From NCBI GenBank assembly GCA_045863235.1, contig BTUM01000019.1:32001-96000 (forward strand): DNA of 64,000 bases, in the 5' to 3' direction. The notes under the pieces are model-generated. The model did not search any database. It saw nothing but the letters and a program-made list of their open reading frames with translations, and was not told the origin of the DNA. This DNA is from Candidatus Xenobia bacterium (GTDB lineage: Bacteria > Vulcanimicrobiota > Xenobia > Xenobiales > QWHO01). Position numbers and translations under genes: made by a program. Of the stretch, positions 26,720 to 35,739 are shown piece by piece. Every line of letters starts with the position of its first letter. Within the stretch, counting starts at the first letter, position 1.

Positions 26720-28786
26720 TTATTGCTTGGGTCCCAGCTCAACCAGCAGCGCTTGCGCCCCATACAGCCTGTCCAGTGCCTCCAGCACGGCCTTGGAATG
26801 GACGGCGATGTGGCGCGCCTGCTGGTCGGTATAAACGAAGTTGCGCACCAACCCGTAGCGGTTCCGGTCAAAGTTGATCCCCACCAGCTGGCCGGCCCGG
26901 TTGATGACCGGACTGCCCGAATTGCCCCCGATGGTGTCAGCCGTGGAAACGAAGTCGAAGGGGGTTTGCAGGTTCAAGCGAGCCTTGCCCTCCAGCCAGC
27001 GGACTGGCAGTTGGAAGGGAGCCGCGTTATGATGTTCGGCAGCCAGTTGGAAGGCCTCGCCGAAGGTCGTGAACCAGGGAACCTCCTTGCCTCCAACCTG
27101 ATAGCCCCCCACGCGACCGTAAGCCAACCGCAAGGAAAAGGTGGCGTCGGGGGCCATGGTGGGACCATCGAGGGTGAACATCCCCCGGGCGATCTGGGCG
27201 TAGGCACGCCGCTCAGGCTCTTCGACCTCGCTCTCCATGCGCTTGCGCAGGGCGCGGGAACGCCCATCCACGGCCAGTGCCAGCTGGATCATGGCATCCT
27301 TCTCCCGGGCCAGGGAATCCGCGTCCAGACCGGCCAATCGCTTGCGCTCGGCCACTTCGAAAAGACGCGTCCCGGCAACCAGCTCGGCCGCCCGAAGCTC
27401 GGGCGAGAGAGGACCCAGAGCCTGGCGTAGAGTGGGCTCCTCGCCGCCCAGCACCTCGGCCGCGAAAGTCAGCGAGTCGGCCAACCGGACCCTCTCCAGG
27501 TCGGGCTCGATCGGTGCCGGTGAAAACAGGGTCAATTCGAGTGACTCCAGCGCCGTGTCCCGGTATTCGCGCAACCGCTGGTCGCTGGGTAGCGGACGCT
27601 CGGCAGCCAGACGCACCAGATGACGTGCGATGGCAAACAGCTCCGAGTCGAAGGCGTTGGCCTGCTCGAAGAGGGAATGCTCGCGCTCGAAGGAGGTCAA
27701 AGCCTTCTGGCTGCGCGCAATCTCCTGAAAGGCCAGATTGGCCTCCGGCAGCTGGCGCTGGAAGCGCTCTTGCAGGCTCTTCTGAGCCGCCCGTTTGGCG
27801 GCCATGATGTTGTCGTTCAGGAGGCCCTGGAACTGGCCGGCGTAGGCTTTGCGAGCATTGGCGACGCTGTAGAGCTCTCCCTGAGCCTGGCGAGCCTGCT
27901 CGGGACCAAGCTGGGCATACTGAAGCAGGTTGGCCTCGGCATGACGGACCCGGGCCAGCCGGTAAGGCAGCGTCAGGTCGCGCAGGTGCTCGAGTCGCTC
28001 GACGGTATCCAGGCGGTTGGTGCGGCCGGGATTACCGACCACGAAGACCAGCTCGCCGGCCTGGGGCCCGGCCGGGTTGAAGGGTAGAAAATCGGGCGTA
28101 ACAGCCGGCTTGCCGTTCTCGTAGACGCGAAAGAAGCACACGTCGAAGTTGTAGCGCGGATACTCGAAATTGTGGGCATCTCCCCCGAAGAAAGCGATGG
28201 CTTGCTCCGGAGCCATCACCAGCCGCACATCGGTGTACTTCTTGAAGCGGTAAAGGTGATAAGCGCCGCCCTGATAGAGGGTGATGATGTCGCTGCGCAG
28301 GCCGGTCCGGTCGGCCGACTCCTTCTCAATTGCGGCCATGGCTGCGCTGCGCGCCCCGGCCGCCTGGTCGGGGGGTATGCCTGGCTTGACGGCGGCCTCC
28401 ACGCGCTCGGTCACGTCCTCGATCTCCAGCAAAACGTTGAGCTCGAGGTCGGCGCAGGGCAACTCTTCGGCCCGCGTCCGGGCCAGATAACCCTGCTGCA
28501 CCAGGTCTCGCTGGGGGGTGCTGAGCTTCTGGAGAGCATCGGCCCCGATGTGATGATTTGTGACCACCAGGCCCTCGGGACTCACGAACGAGCCCGAGCC
28601 TCCGTTGTTGAAGCGAACCGCCGCCCGCATCACCCGCTGCAGCCAGGCATCGGTCAGCTCGAAACCATAGTCGCGCTTGATCCGCTCTTTAGGAGGAGCG
28701 TTCAGCAGCCACATGCCCTCGTCGGCCTGGCCAGGGGCCGTTAGTGCCAGAGTCAGGCTCAGCAGAGCGCCCAGCAAGACCTTCAT
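26720..28786 (-). CDS. S46-family dipeptidyl peptidase
   Basis: ADEGMW, GSFVS..GL..TNHH, NFEYPR, PDATF.LR, GGNSGSPV. Confidence 0.93.
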   Translation of the reverse strand: MKVLLGALLSLTLALTAPGQADEGMWLLNAPPKERIKRDYGFELTDAWLQRVMRAAVRFNNGGSGSFVSPEGLVVTNHHIGADALQKLSTPQRDLVQQGYLARTRAEELPCADLELNVLLEIEDVTERVEAAVKPGIPPDQAAGARSAAMAAIEKESADRTGLRSDIITLYQGGAYHLYRFKKYTDVRLVMAPEQAIAFFGGDAHNFEYPRYNFDVCFFRVYENGKPAVTPDFLPFNPAGPQAGELVFVVGNPGRTNRLDTVERLEHLRDLTLPYRLARVRHAEANLLQYAQLGPEQARQAQGELYSVANARKAYAGQFQGLLNDNIMAAKRAAQKSLQERFQRQLPEANLAFQEIARSQKALTSFEREHSLFEQANAFDSELFAIARHLVRLAAERPLPSDQRLREYRDTALESLELTLFSPAPIEPDLERVRLADSLTFAAEVLGGEEPTLRQALGPLSPELRAAELVAGTRLFEVAERKRLAGLDADSLAREKDAMIQLALAVDGRSRALRKRMESEVEEPERRAYAQIARGMFTLDGPTMAPDATFSLRLAYGRVGGYQVGGKEVPWFTTFGEAFQLAAEHHNAAPFQLPVRWLEGKARLNLQTPFDFVSTADTIGGNSGSPVINRAGQLVGINFDRNRYGLVRNFVYTDQQARHIAVHSKAVLEALDRLYGAQALLVELGPKQ

Positions 28787-29691
28787 CGCAAGCTATCCTT
28801 TCGGGTGAGTCGGGCGACTCCGGGAGCGGGCCGCTCGGTCAGCACTTCACGGCGGAACCGAAACAGCTCGGCCGGGCGACCGCGCGTTCGAGTGCTGGCA
28901 CCGGTCCCCTCGACCAACCCGGCATTCTCCACCAGACGCCGAAAGTTCTGCTTGTGCAGCCGCACTCCCGCCAGAGCCTCCACGGCGCTCTGAAGCTGGA
29001 AGAGGGTGAAGACCTCCGGCAAGAGCTCGAAGATCACCGGACGATATTTGATCTTGCCCCGGATCCGCCCCAACGCGGTTGCCAGCATGCGGCGATGATC
29101 GACGGCCATAGCCTGACCAAGCCGCTGCATCGGCTCGGCTGCCTCGGCCACCAACCGGGCCTCGTACAGGAGCTCGTATCGCTCCAGGACGCGCTCCTCG
29201 TCCCAGGCCGCCCCGCTCAAACCGAAAGCGATCAGGGCTCGCTCGCGACGAGCGGGCTGGCCATGCGACCACTCCCGCATCGAAAGCTCGATCTCCTGGA
29301 GGATCTGCGGCCGACCCTGGCGCCAGTCTTCCCAGGGCAGGAAGCCGTAGACCGCGGCCCAGTGAGCCGAGAAGGCCGGGGCCACGGCCATCTCTCGCAC
29401 CAGCGCCAGATACGCTACCGCCAGCGAGCGCTCACCCGTTTCCCGCTCGCGCGGATCGCGAAAGCGGTCGGCGAAGGTATAAAGTTGCTCGACGTAGCCC
29501 ACCTCTAAACCCGCCCGGGCAAGTACCCAGCGACGCAGAGCGCGTTCCAGGGTTGTGTCGCCGGTCGGGTCAAGAGAGCCGAAAGGAAGCGCTTCGACCG
29601 ATTCCAGGTCGCGCACGGTCAGCACACGCGGCTGCTCGCCAGTCACCGCCAGGATCACGGCCGTCAGACCTACGTCGATACGATCGGTCAC
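28783..29691 (-). CDS. NrtR-type Nudix-related transcriptional regulator
   Basis: LPFG, YVEQLYTF.DR.RDPR, DHRR.LATAL.R.R.K..YRP, FTL..LQ, KQNFRR, GRPA.LF wHTH. Confidence 0.85.
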   Translation of the reverse strand: MTDRIDVGLTAVILAVTGEQPRVLTVRDLESVEALPFGSLDPTGDTTLERALRRWVLARAGLEVGYVEQLYTFADRFRDPRERETGERSLAVAYLALVREMAVAPAFSAHWAAVYGFLPWEDWRQGRPQILQEIELSMREWSHGQPARRERALIAFGLSGAAWDEERVLERYELLYEARLVAEAAEPMQRLGQAMAVDHRRMLATALGRIRGKIKYRPVIFELLPEVFTLFQLQSAVEALAGVRLHKQNFRRLVENAGLVEGTGASTRTRGRPAELFRFRREVLTERPAPGVARLTRKDSLR

Positions 29692-29697
29692 GATGGA

Positions 29698-30375
29698 TCA
29701 GGGAGCTGACTCGATCGGCACCGTCTCAATGTCTACCCGGTTGGTCTTCTCATCATACTGCACTTTGACGGTATATTCGTGGTTACCGGGCTTGAGGGGT
29801 ACCGTGACCTCGACCTTGTTCAGCCGGCTGCCGGTCGTCAGGCGCTGAATCTTGCCGTTGTTGTTGATCACCATCGTGTTAAGAAAGTCAGGGCCGACGC
29901 CGGTGTAGAGATACGGTTCCCCCCAGGCGGCTCCATGAGTTCCCTCGTAACGATCGGGCCGGATGCGGAGCTGCAACAACTGCATTTTGGCGACGGACAC
30001 TCGAACCAGTTCGGGAGTCTCACCAGAGCGGATGGTGTCGCTGGTATACAGGCAGCTACCGTCCGCCCAGACTTCGAAGACCGCCGCCCTGCCCTCGGGC
30101 GTGCCGGTGACGTAACCAACTCTGGCCTCGAAGGCGTCAAACTTGCCATCGAGCTTGTAGGTCATAACGGAATCGTGAGCCCCTCCGAGACCCTGGATGG
30201 AACCAGCCACGCTCTCGTCGCCCTTTCCCATCTTCACGCGGTTATAATCCCAGACCGCATTCTCGAAGGCCTCGCGGGGCATGTGCACGACCGGTGTCTT
30301 AGAAAGCTCGGCCCGAGCTGAACCGGCGCCCAGCGCCAGGACCAGGGCCAGGCCGAGCAAGAAGTGCTTGAGCAT
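29698..30375 (-). CDS. Secreted NPCBM/NEW2 domain protein
   Basis: Signal peptide; GLGGAHDS..Y.LDG.F..F.A.VG, VFEVWADG..LY.S, AAWGEP; GGAGG SD before ATG at 30375. Confidence 0.75.
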   Translation of the reverse strand: MLKHFLLGLALVLALGAGSARAELSKTPVVHMPREAFENAVWDYNRVKMGKGDESVAGSIQGLGGAHDSVMTYKLDGKFDAFEARVGYVTGTPEGRAAVFEVWADGSCLYTSDTIRSGETPELVRVSVAKMQLLQLRIRPDRYEGTHGAAWGEPYLYTGVGPDFLNTMVINNNGKIQRLTTGSRLNKVEVTVPLKPGNHEYTVKVQYDEKTNRVDIETVPIESAP

Positions 30376-30480
30376 AAAGAACCCTCCCAGTTGAAGAACC
30401 GCCGGTCTCGAAGTTAGCGACGACAGGAGCGGTCTAAAAATTCTCAACCGGTCGAACCTGTCACGCGGCCACTCGGCCGG

Positions 30481-30614
30481 CGCCCCGAGGTCAAAACTGT
30501 TGAGCGTTAAGTGATGAAGGCTCTGCCCATCCTTCGGGCGCCTCCAAACAAATCCAGCGGTGCAGGCTTCTGCAAGACCTCATCACTTCACTTCAGTTCT
30601 TGGACTTGAGAGCG
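30481..30614 (-). ncRNA. Candidate structured RNA (long closing stem plus two inner hairpins), family unassigned
   Basis: AAGTGATGA (30509-30517) is complementary to TCATCACTT (30580-30588); inner hairpins GCCC/GGGC and TGCAG/CTGCA; outer CAAAACTG pairs imperfectly with CAGTTCTTG. Confidence 0.4.
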
Positions 30615-30618
30615 ATTC

Positions 30619-31953
30619 CTATCGCTTCTTGGAGCGAGTCTGCCACTGCATGACCTCGCGCCCCTGCCGCCTCAGCTGCTCGTAACCCTCGGTGTCGCTA
30701 CGGCGCCACACCCGGGAAAGATCATCGAGCAACCGCGCCAGGAAGGTGCGGTCGACCTGGGGAGTGTCGCTGCCCCCCGATTGGCGCCACAGGGTCGTAC
30801 GGGGTCCCTCTCCAGTCTGCTCGGAGTAAACGCCGTTGCGCCCTCGCTCGATGGAAGCCTCCACCCGCTCGTCGCGCTCGGGGGCGAGGCGCAGAAAGGC
30901 CGGCAGCGAGCGGTCCGGCTGCCTGGCGAGAAGATACAGCCCCATGCGAGCCCGAGTGGCCAGACCGTCCTCCCCCAGCGCCAGCGCCAGACCCAGACCC
31001 GAGAGGTAGTGCTGGCGGGCGGCCGTACTCAACTCGGGTCCCAGCGAGCGGGATGTCTCGGCCTGGTGCAGATGGTAGCGAGCCAGGCCCAGACCGTAAT
31101 CGTGCTCTCGCTTTAGCCGCAGGGCCCGCTCGAGAAAGGCCGAGGCTTCGTCGAACAGAGCGCTGCGTGTCTCGATGCTGGGCCCGTCGAACTCGTCCAA
31201 CTCGCTTTCTTGGGCCCTCCGCAGGGCCATCCAGCCCAATCGGTAGAGAATATCCGATTCTTGCTTACGGTTGTTCATTCGCCGGTAGCCCTCGGAGGCA
31301 TAGCGATACCATTCGCGAGCCTGCTCGTTGGCGTGCCGGGTCTCGTAGGAATTGGCCAGCTGCAAGGTGACATGCGTCTCCAGCTCGAGGTGGCCGCGTC
31401 CCCCTTCATCGAGGGCTTTCTGGCAGGTTCGAATGGAGTCGGCCACCCGTCCCAGGTCGTAGAGCACGCTGGCCGTGTTGAACAGGGCGGCGGCTCGATT
31501 GTAAGAATGCTCCAGCCTTTCGTAGCGGGAGGCAGCATTGCGAAACAGACGCAAAGCCTCGGTCTTCTTGCCCTGCCGATCGAGCAGGATTCCCAGTTCC
31601 ATGCAGAGTTCGGCGGCGCGCAGGGGCTTGAGACGACTGCGGCGATACTGCTCGAACAGCCTGCGCATCGCCAGAATGGCTTCTTCCTGAAGCCCCTCGG
31701 CTTCCAACCAACGAATGCGCTTTCGCTCCAACCGATAGAGCAGCTCGGCCTGCTCGGAGACGACTTCCTCAGCCAGCATCAGCCAGCGCCGAGCGGCCGT
31801 ACGGTGGCCCTGGGCCATCAGCACGTCCACGTGGGCCAGCGCCTGCTCCAAGAGCTGCGTCTTCGCCTCGGGGGTGAGGTCTTGTGCGATTTCCCGGCGG
31901 CGCTCCGCCTCCATCGGGATCAGGTCCCGCCACTGAAGGTCGTCCCTCGTCAT
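30619..31953 (-). CDS. Tetratricopeptide repeat protein
   Basis: Repeated ~40-aa helical units (LG.L....G...EA...F..A) of TPR type. Confidence 0.75.
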   Translation of the reverse strand: MTRDDLQWRDLIPMEAERRREIAQDLTPEAKTQLLEQALAHVDVLMAQGHRTAARRWLMLAEEVVSEQAELLYRLERKRIRWLEAEGLQEEAILAMRRLFEQYRRSRLKPLRAAELCMELGILLDRQGKKTEALRLFRNAASRYERLEHSYNRAAALFNTASVLYDLGRVADSIRTCQKALDEGGRGHLELETHVTLQLANSYETRHANEQAREWYRYASEGYRRMNNRKQESDILYRLGWMALRRAQESELDEFDGPSIETRSALFDEASAFLERALRLKREHDYGLGLARYHLHQAETSRSLGPELSTAARQHYLSGLGLALALGEDGLATRARMGLYLLARQPDRSLPAFLRLAPERDERVEASIERGRNGVYSEQTGEGPRTTLWRQSGGSDTPQVDRTFLARLLDDLSRVWRRSDTEGYEQLRRQGREVMQWQTRSKKR

Positions 31954-32106
31954 ACCTTCCCCTCGGGAGAGCTTTCACGGGGCAGGTGGCCCTGACCCGC
32001 TCTCCATTATAGCACAGGTGTCATCCGGCAGGAGAAGCACCGGTTGAAAAGAACTCGTGGCAGATTTTTTCGCCCTTTTCGTGTATGCCTCAAGGAGAAT
32101 GATACG

Positions 32107-33402
32107 TTGAAAACCTGGAATGTCCTCATCCAGCTGGCTTTGATCGCAGCCTTTTGCGCTCTCTGCTTCTGGTGGCTCTACGATGCACCCAACCACCGGC
32201 TGCGCCTGAAGCTCGGTCTGGACCTGCGCTCGGGCTCGCACATCGCCGTGCAGCTCATCCCCACGCCCGATGACCAGGGGAATATCATTCCCATCAACGA
32301 GCTGGTGCGCCAACAGACCATCCAGGTGTTCGAACGACGGCTCAATCCCGATGGCACGCTGGAGATCTTGATCACCCCCGAGGGCGTCGACCGCCTGATC
32401 ATCGAGATTCCCGAGATGACCGACAGCCAGAAGGCTGAGCAAATGGTCCAAAAGGTGGCCAAGCTCGAGTTCAGGCGCCGGGTGCCCAACATCGCCAAGG
32501 GCATCGTGGAGTGGAAAACCGTCATGGACGGCAAGTACATCAAGCGAGCCATGCCCGAGAGCAACATGGGCGGGGGCTGGGTGGTGGCCTTCGAGCTGAC
32601 CGACAAGGGAGCCGACATCTTCGGCAACATCACCGCCGAGATGGTGGGCCAGCCGCTGGGCATCTTCTTCGACGGCCAACCGGTGGGCCCGGGGGCCACC
32701 GAGGCCGAGAAGCTCGAGCGCCAGCCCATCGTGCAGGAAGCCATCCGGGGGGGTCGCGGCCAGATCAGCGGCAGCTTCTCCGTGGAGCAGGCCCAGGAGC
32801 TGGCAACCTACCTCAACTCGGGCACGCTGCCTGTAAACGTCAAAGTACTCAGCTCCTTCACGGTCAGCCCTACCCTGGGCAAGGAATCGCTGGACTCGAG
32901 CGTCATGGCTTTCGGCGGCGGTCTGGGCATCATCGTGCTCTACATGATCTTGTATTATCGCTTGCCAGGCATCTGCGCCAGTATCGCGCTGGTGGCCTAC
33001 GCGCTCATCGTGCTTGCCTCCATGAACATACCCGGCATGGAGTTCGTTCTCACGCTGCCCGGCATCGCAGGCTTCATCCTGTCCATCGGCATCGCGGTGG
33101 ATGCCAACGTGCTGCAGTTCGAGCGCCTCAAGGAGGAGCTGTGGCACGACAAGTCGGTGGGAACGGCCACCGACGTCGGCTTTGCCAGGGCCTGGTCGTC
33201 CATCCTGGACGGCCACGTCACCACCTTCATCGGCGCCTTCATCCTGTATGCCTTTGGTACCGCGACGGTCAAAGGCTTTGGAGCCACACTGATGATCGGA
33301 ACGGTATGGAGCCTGATCACCGCCGTCTACATCACCCGCATGCTTCTCGAGTTCTTCATTTACGTCGCCAACGTCAAGAATCGCTGGCTTTACGGAGCCT
33401 AG
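32107..33402 (+). CDS. secD: Protein translocase subunit SecD
   Basis: LKLGLDLRSG, VSPTLG, LTLPGIAGFILSIGIAVDANV..FERLKEE, SILDGHVTT, VKGF..TL.IG; TTG start with AAGGAG SD. Confidence 0.95.
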   Translation: MKTWNVLIQLALIAAFCALCFWWLYDAPNHRLRLKLGLDLRSGSHIAVQLIPTPDDQGNIIPINELVRQQTIQVFERRLNPDGTLEILITPEGVDRLIIEIPEMTDSQKAEQMVQKVAKLEFRRRVPNIAKGIVEWKTVMDGKYIKRAMPESNMGGGWVVAFELTDKGADIFGNITAEMVGQPLGIFFDGQPVGPGATEAEKLERQPIVQEAIRGGRGQISGSFSVEQAQELATYLNSGTLPVNVKVLSSFTVSPTLGKESLDSSVMAFGGGLGIIVLYMILYYRLPGICASIALVAYALIVLASMNIPGMEFVLTLPGIAGFILSIGIAVDANVLQFERLKEELWHDKSVGTATDVGFARAWSSILDGHVTTFIGAFILYAFGTATVKGFGATLMIGTVWSLITAVYITRMLLEFFIYVANVKNRWLYGA

Positions 33403-33412
33403 GAGCTAAGTC

Positions 33413-34600
33413 ATGGATACCACCAAGATGATCGAAGTCGCCCTTTGGGCGATCATTCTGACGGCCATCGTCACCTGGGGCCAGTCGTTCCGCAAGAAGA
33501 CGCGCGACCTGATGGGGAATCGACGCTACTTCTACTATGTCAGCGCCACTCTGGTAGTGGTCGGGCTGGGAGGAATCCTCATCCGGGGCGTGCAGCTCGG
33601 ACTTGACTTCACCGGGGGCACGCTGGTCGAGCTCTCCTCGCCCCAGATGCTCACCGTCAACCAGGTGCGCGAAGCGATGGCTGACCCCCGGGTTGACGGC
33701 CAGAGCCCGGGCAGCGTGCCCATCGCCGACCTCCAGGTGCAGGTATCGGCCAGTCTCATCCCGGGCCTGGGCAAGGACGGCCAGCCAGCCCAGAAGATCA
33801 TCTTGCGCATGAAGCGCCAGGGCAACGAAGAGCCAGCCCTGAGCGCAGATCAGACCCAGATGGTGGTCACCGTTCTGGGCGAGAAGCTCCAGACGACCTT
33901 GTTGCGCGAGGAGCGCATCGGGTCTACCATCACCGGCGAGCTGCAGATGAACGCCATCATGGCCCTCGTGATCACGCTCGGGCTCCAGCTCATCTACATT
34001 TATTTCCGGTTCGGGGGCCAGATGCGTTTCGGCCTGGCCGCCGACATCGCCCTGGTCCATGATGTGGTAATCATGCTGGGCATCTACGCCCTGGCCGGAC
34101 GTCAGGTTGACTCGCCCTTCATCGCCGCTTTGCTGACCGTAACCGGCTATTCGGTGATGGATTCTGTGGTCATCTTCGACCGCATTCGCGAGAATCTCCG
34201 CATCACCAAGAACGCCACCTTTGACGAAGTGGTCAACCTTTCGGTGAACCAGACCATGACTCGCTCCATCAACACCACGCTGACGCCCATCCTGACCCTG
34301 CTGGCCATCTACTTCTTCGGGGGCTCCACCCTGCAGAACTTCGCCTTCGCGCTGCTGGTGGGGATCTTCGCAGGCGCCTATTCGTCCATCTGCCTGGCCT
34401 CGCCCCTGCTGATCGAGATCGACCACTACGCCACCCGCAAGGAGAAGGAGCGGCTGGCGATGCGGCGCGAGCTGGCCGAGCAGAAGGCGGGCGAGCGCAA
34501 AAAGCGTGAGGTCACAGTGCGGCCCGAGGAGCTGGATCCCGTCGAGCAAGCCATGCAGGGTGCGGCCAGCGGCAAAAGACGGGGGCGACGTCGCCGCTGA
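33413..34600 (+). CDS. secF: Protein translocase subunit SecF
   Basis: LGLDFTGG, ALVHDV, GYSVMDSVVIFDRIREN, QTMTRSINT, GAYSSI..ASP. Confidence 0.95.
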   Translation: MDTTKMIEVALWAIILTAIVTWGQSFRKKTRDLMGNRRYFYYVSATLVVVGLGGILIRGVQLGLDFTGGTLVELSSPQMLTVNQVREAMADPRVDGQSPGSVPIADLQVQVSASLIPGLGKDGQPAQKIILRMKRQGNEEPALSADQTQMVVTVLGEKLQTTLLREERIGSTITGELQMNAIMALVITLGLQLIYIYFRFGGQMRFGLAADIALVHDVVIMLGIYALAGRQVDSPFIAALLTVTGYSVMDSVVIFDRIRENLRITKNATFDEVVNLSVNQTMTRSINTTLTPILTLLAIYFFGGSTLQNFAFALLVGIFAGAYSSICLASPLLIEIDHYATRKEKERLAMRRELAEQKAGERKKREVTVRPEELDPVEQAMQGAASGKRRGRRRR

Positions 34601-34602
34601 GC

Positions 34603-35739
34603 TTGATCCCCGAGCGCGTCCCTCATCCGGTCGATCGAATGAAGATCCTGGCCAGGATGATCCACATCACCTCGCATCTGAGCGACCTGGAATCCCTGCA
34701 GGAAATCCTGATGGACCACTTGCTGGAGCTGGTGGGAGCAGAGCGGGGCTTCCTGATGCTGGTCGACCCCGAAAGCGGCGCGCTGGAATTCTGCACGGCT
34801 CGCAACTTCTCTAAGGAAAGCCTGTTCGAGTCTGAGTTTCAGGTAAGCCGTAGCATCATTTTCGAGACCTTCCGCAGCCGAGAGGCCGTGCTGACCTCCA
34901 ATGCCCAGGATGATGAGCGTTTCCAGAGCGCGATCAGTGTCCAGGAGCTCGGCTTGCGGGCGGTCATGTGCGTACCGGTGGTCGTGCAAGACGAGGCCAT
35001 CGGAGTGCTCTACGTCGACAACCGCTTGCGGCTGGGAGCCTTCGAGACAGAGGACCTCGAATTCATGAAGACCTTTGCCGATCAAGCCGGGGCCAGCATC
35101 CACCGAACCCGCCTGACCCGGGAACGAAACCGACTGGCCCAGCTGTTCAGTCGCTATGTCAGCCCCGAGGTGGTTGGCGAGTTACTGGCCCGCCCGCACG
35201 ACGCGCTCAGCGCCCAGCGGCGCCGGGTCACGGTGATGTTCGTGGATCTGCGCGGCTTCTCGGCCCTCTCCGAGCAGCTTCCCCCGGCCGAGCTCCTGGA
35301 CATGCTCAATGAATACTACGAGGGCATGCTCGAGGTACTGTTCGCTCACCGGGGCACCATTCTGTCCTTCCTGGGCGACGGCTTGCTGGCCGTCTTCGGG
35401 GCTCCGTTGGCCATGGAGCAACAGGAGTTGAGGGCCATTCAGTGCGCCAGGAATCTGATTCAATGGGGAGAAACCAGACAGGGGCTGAAGTTTGGGGTGG
35501 GTATGGCCACCGGCGAGGCGGTCGTAGGGGATCTGGGGGGCTCTCAGAGAAGAGACTACACGGTCGTGGGCGACCCGGTGAACACCGCCGCCCGACTCGA
35601 AAAACTCACCAAGAGCAAGGGGGTTGCGGTGCTGGTGGATGAGGAGACCTACCGCTCCAGCGGCCTGACGGGAGGAACCAACCTGGGGGCAGAGCTTCTG
35701 GCTGGCAAGTCCAATCCGGTCTCCCTCTGGGCCGTGTGA
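34603..35739 (+). CDS. GAF domain + class III nucleotide cyclase
   Basis: GAF (GAERGFL, LYVDNR) followed by FVDLRGFS, FLGDG, DYTVVGDPVNTAARLE. Confidence 0.9.
   Translation: MIPERVPHPVDRMKILARMIHITSHLSDLESLQEILMDHLLELVGAERGFLMLVDPESGALEFCTARNFSKESLFESEFQVSRSIIFETFRSREAVLTSNAQDDERFQSAISVQELGLRAVMCVPVVVQDEAIGVLYVDNRLRLGAFETEDLEFMKTFADQAGASIHRTRLTRERNRLAQLFSRYVSPEVVGELLARPHDALSAQRRRVTVMFVDLRGFSALSEQLPPAELLDMLNEYYEGMLEVLFAHRGTILSFLGDGLLAVFGAPLAMEQQELRAIQCARNLIQWGETRQGLKFGVGMATGEAVVGDLGGSQRRDYTVVGDPVNTAARLEKLTKSKGVAVLVDEETYRSSGLTGGTNLGAELLAGKSNPVSLWAV

Noticed and set aside
34603..35739. Pycsar-like anti-phage system suggested by the atypical cyclase
   Set aside because: No cyclic-nucleotide-binding effector (CNBD-TM/TIR) is adjacent, and the GAF fusion and secDF context point to signalling.
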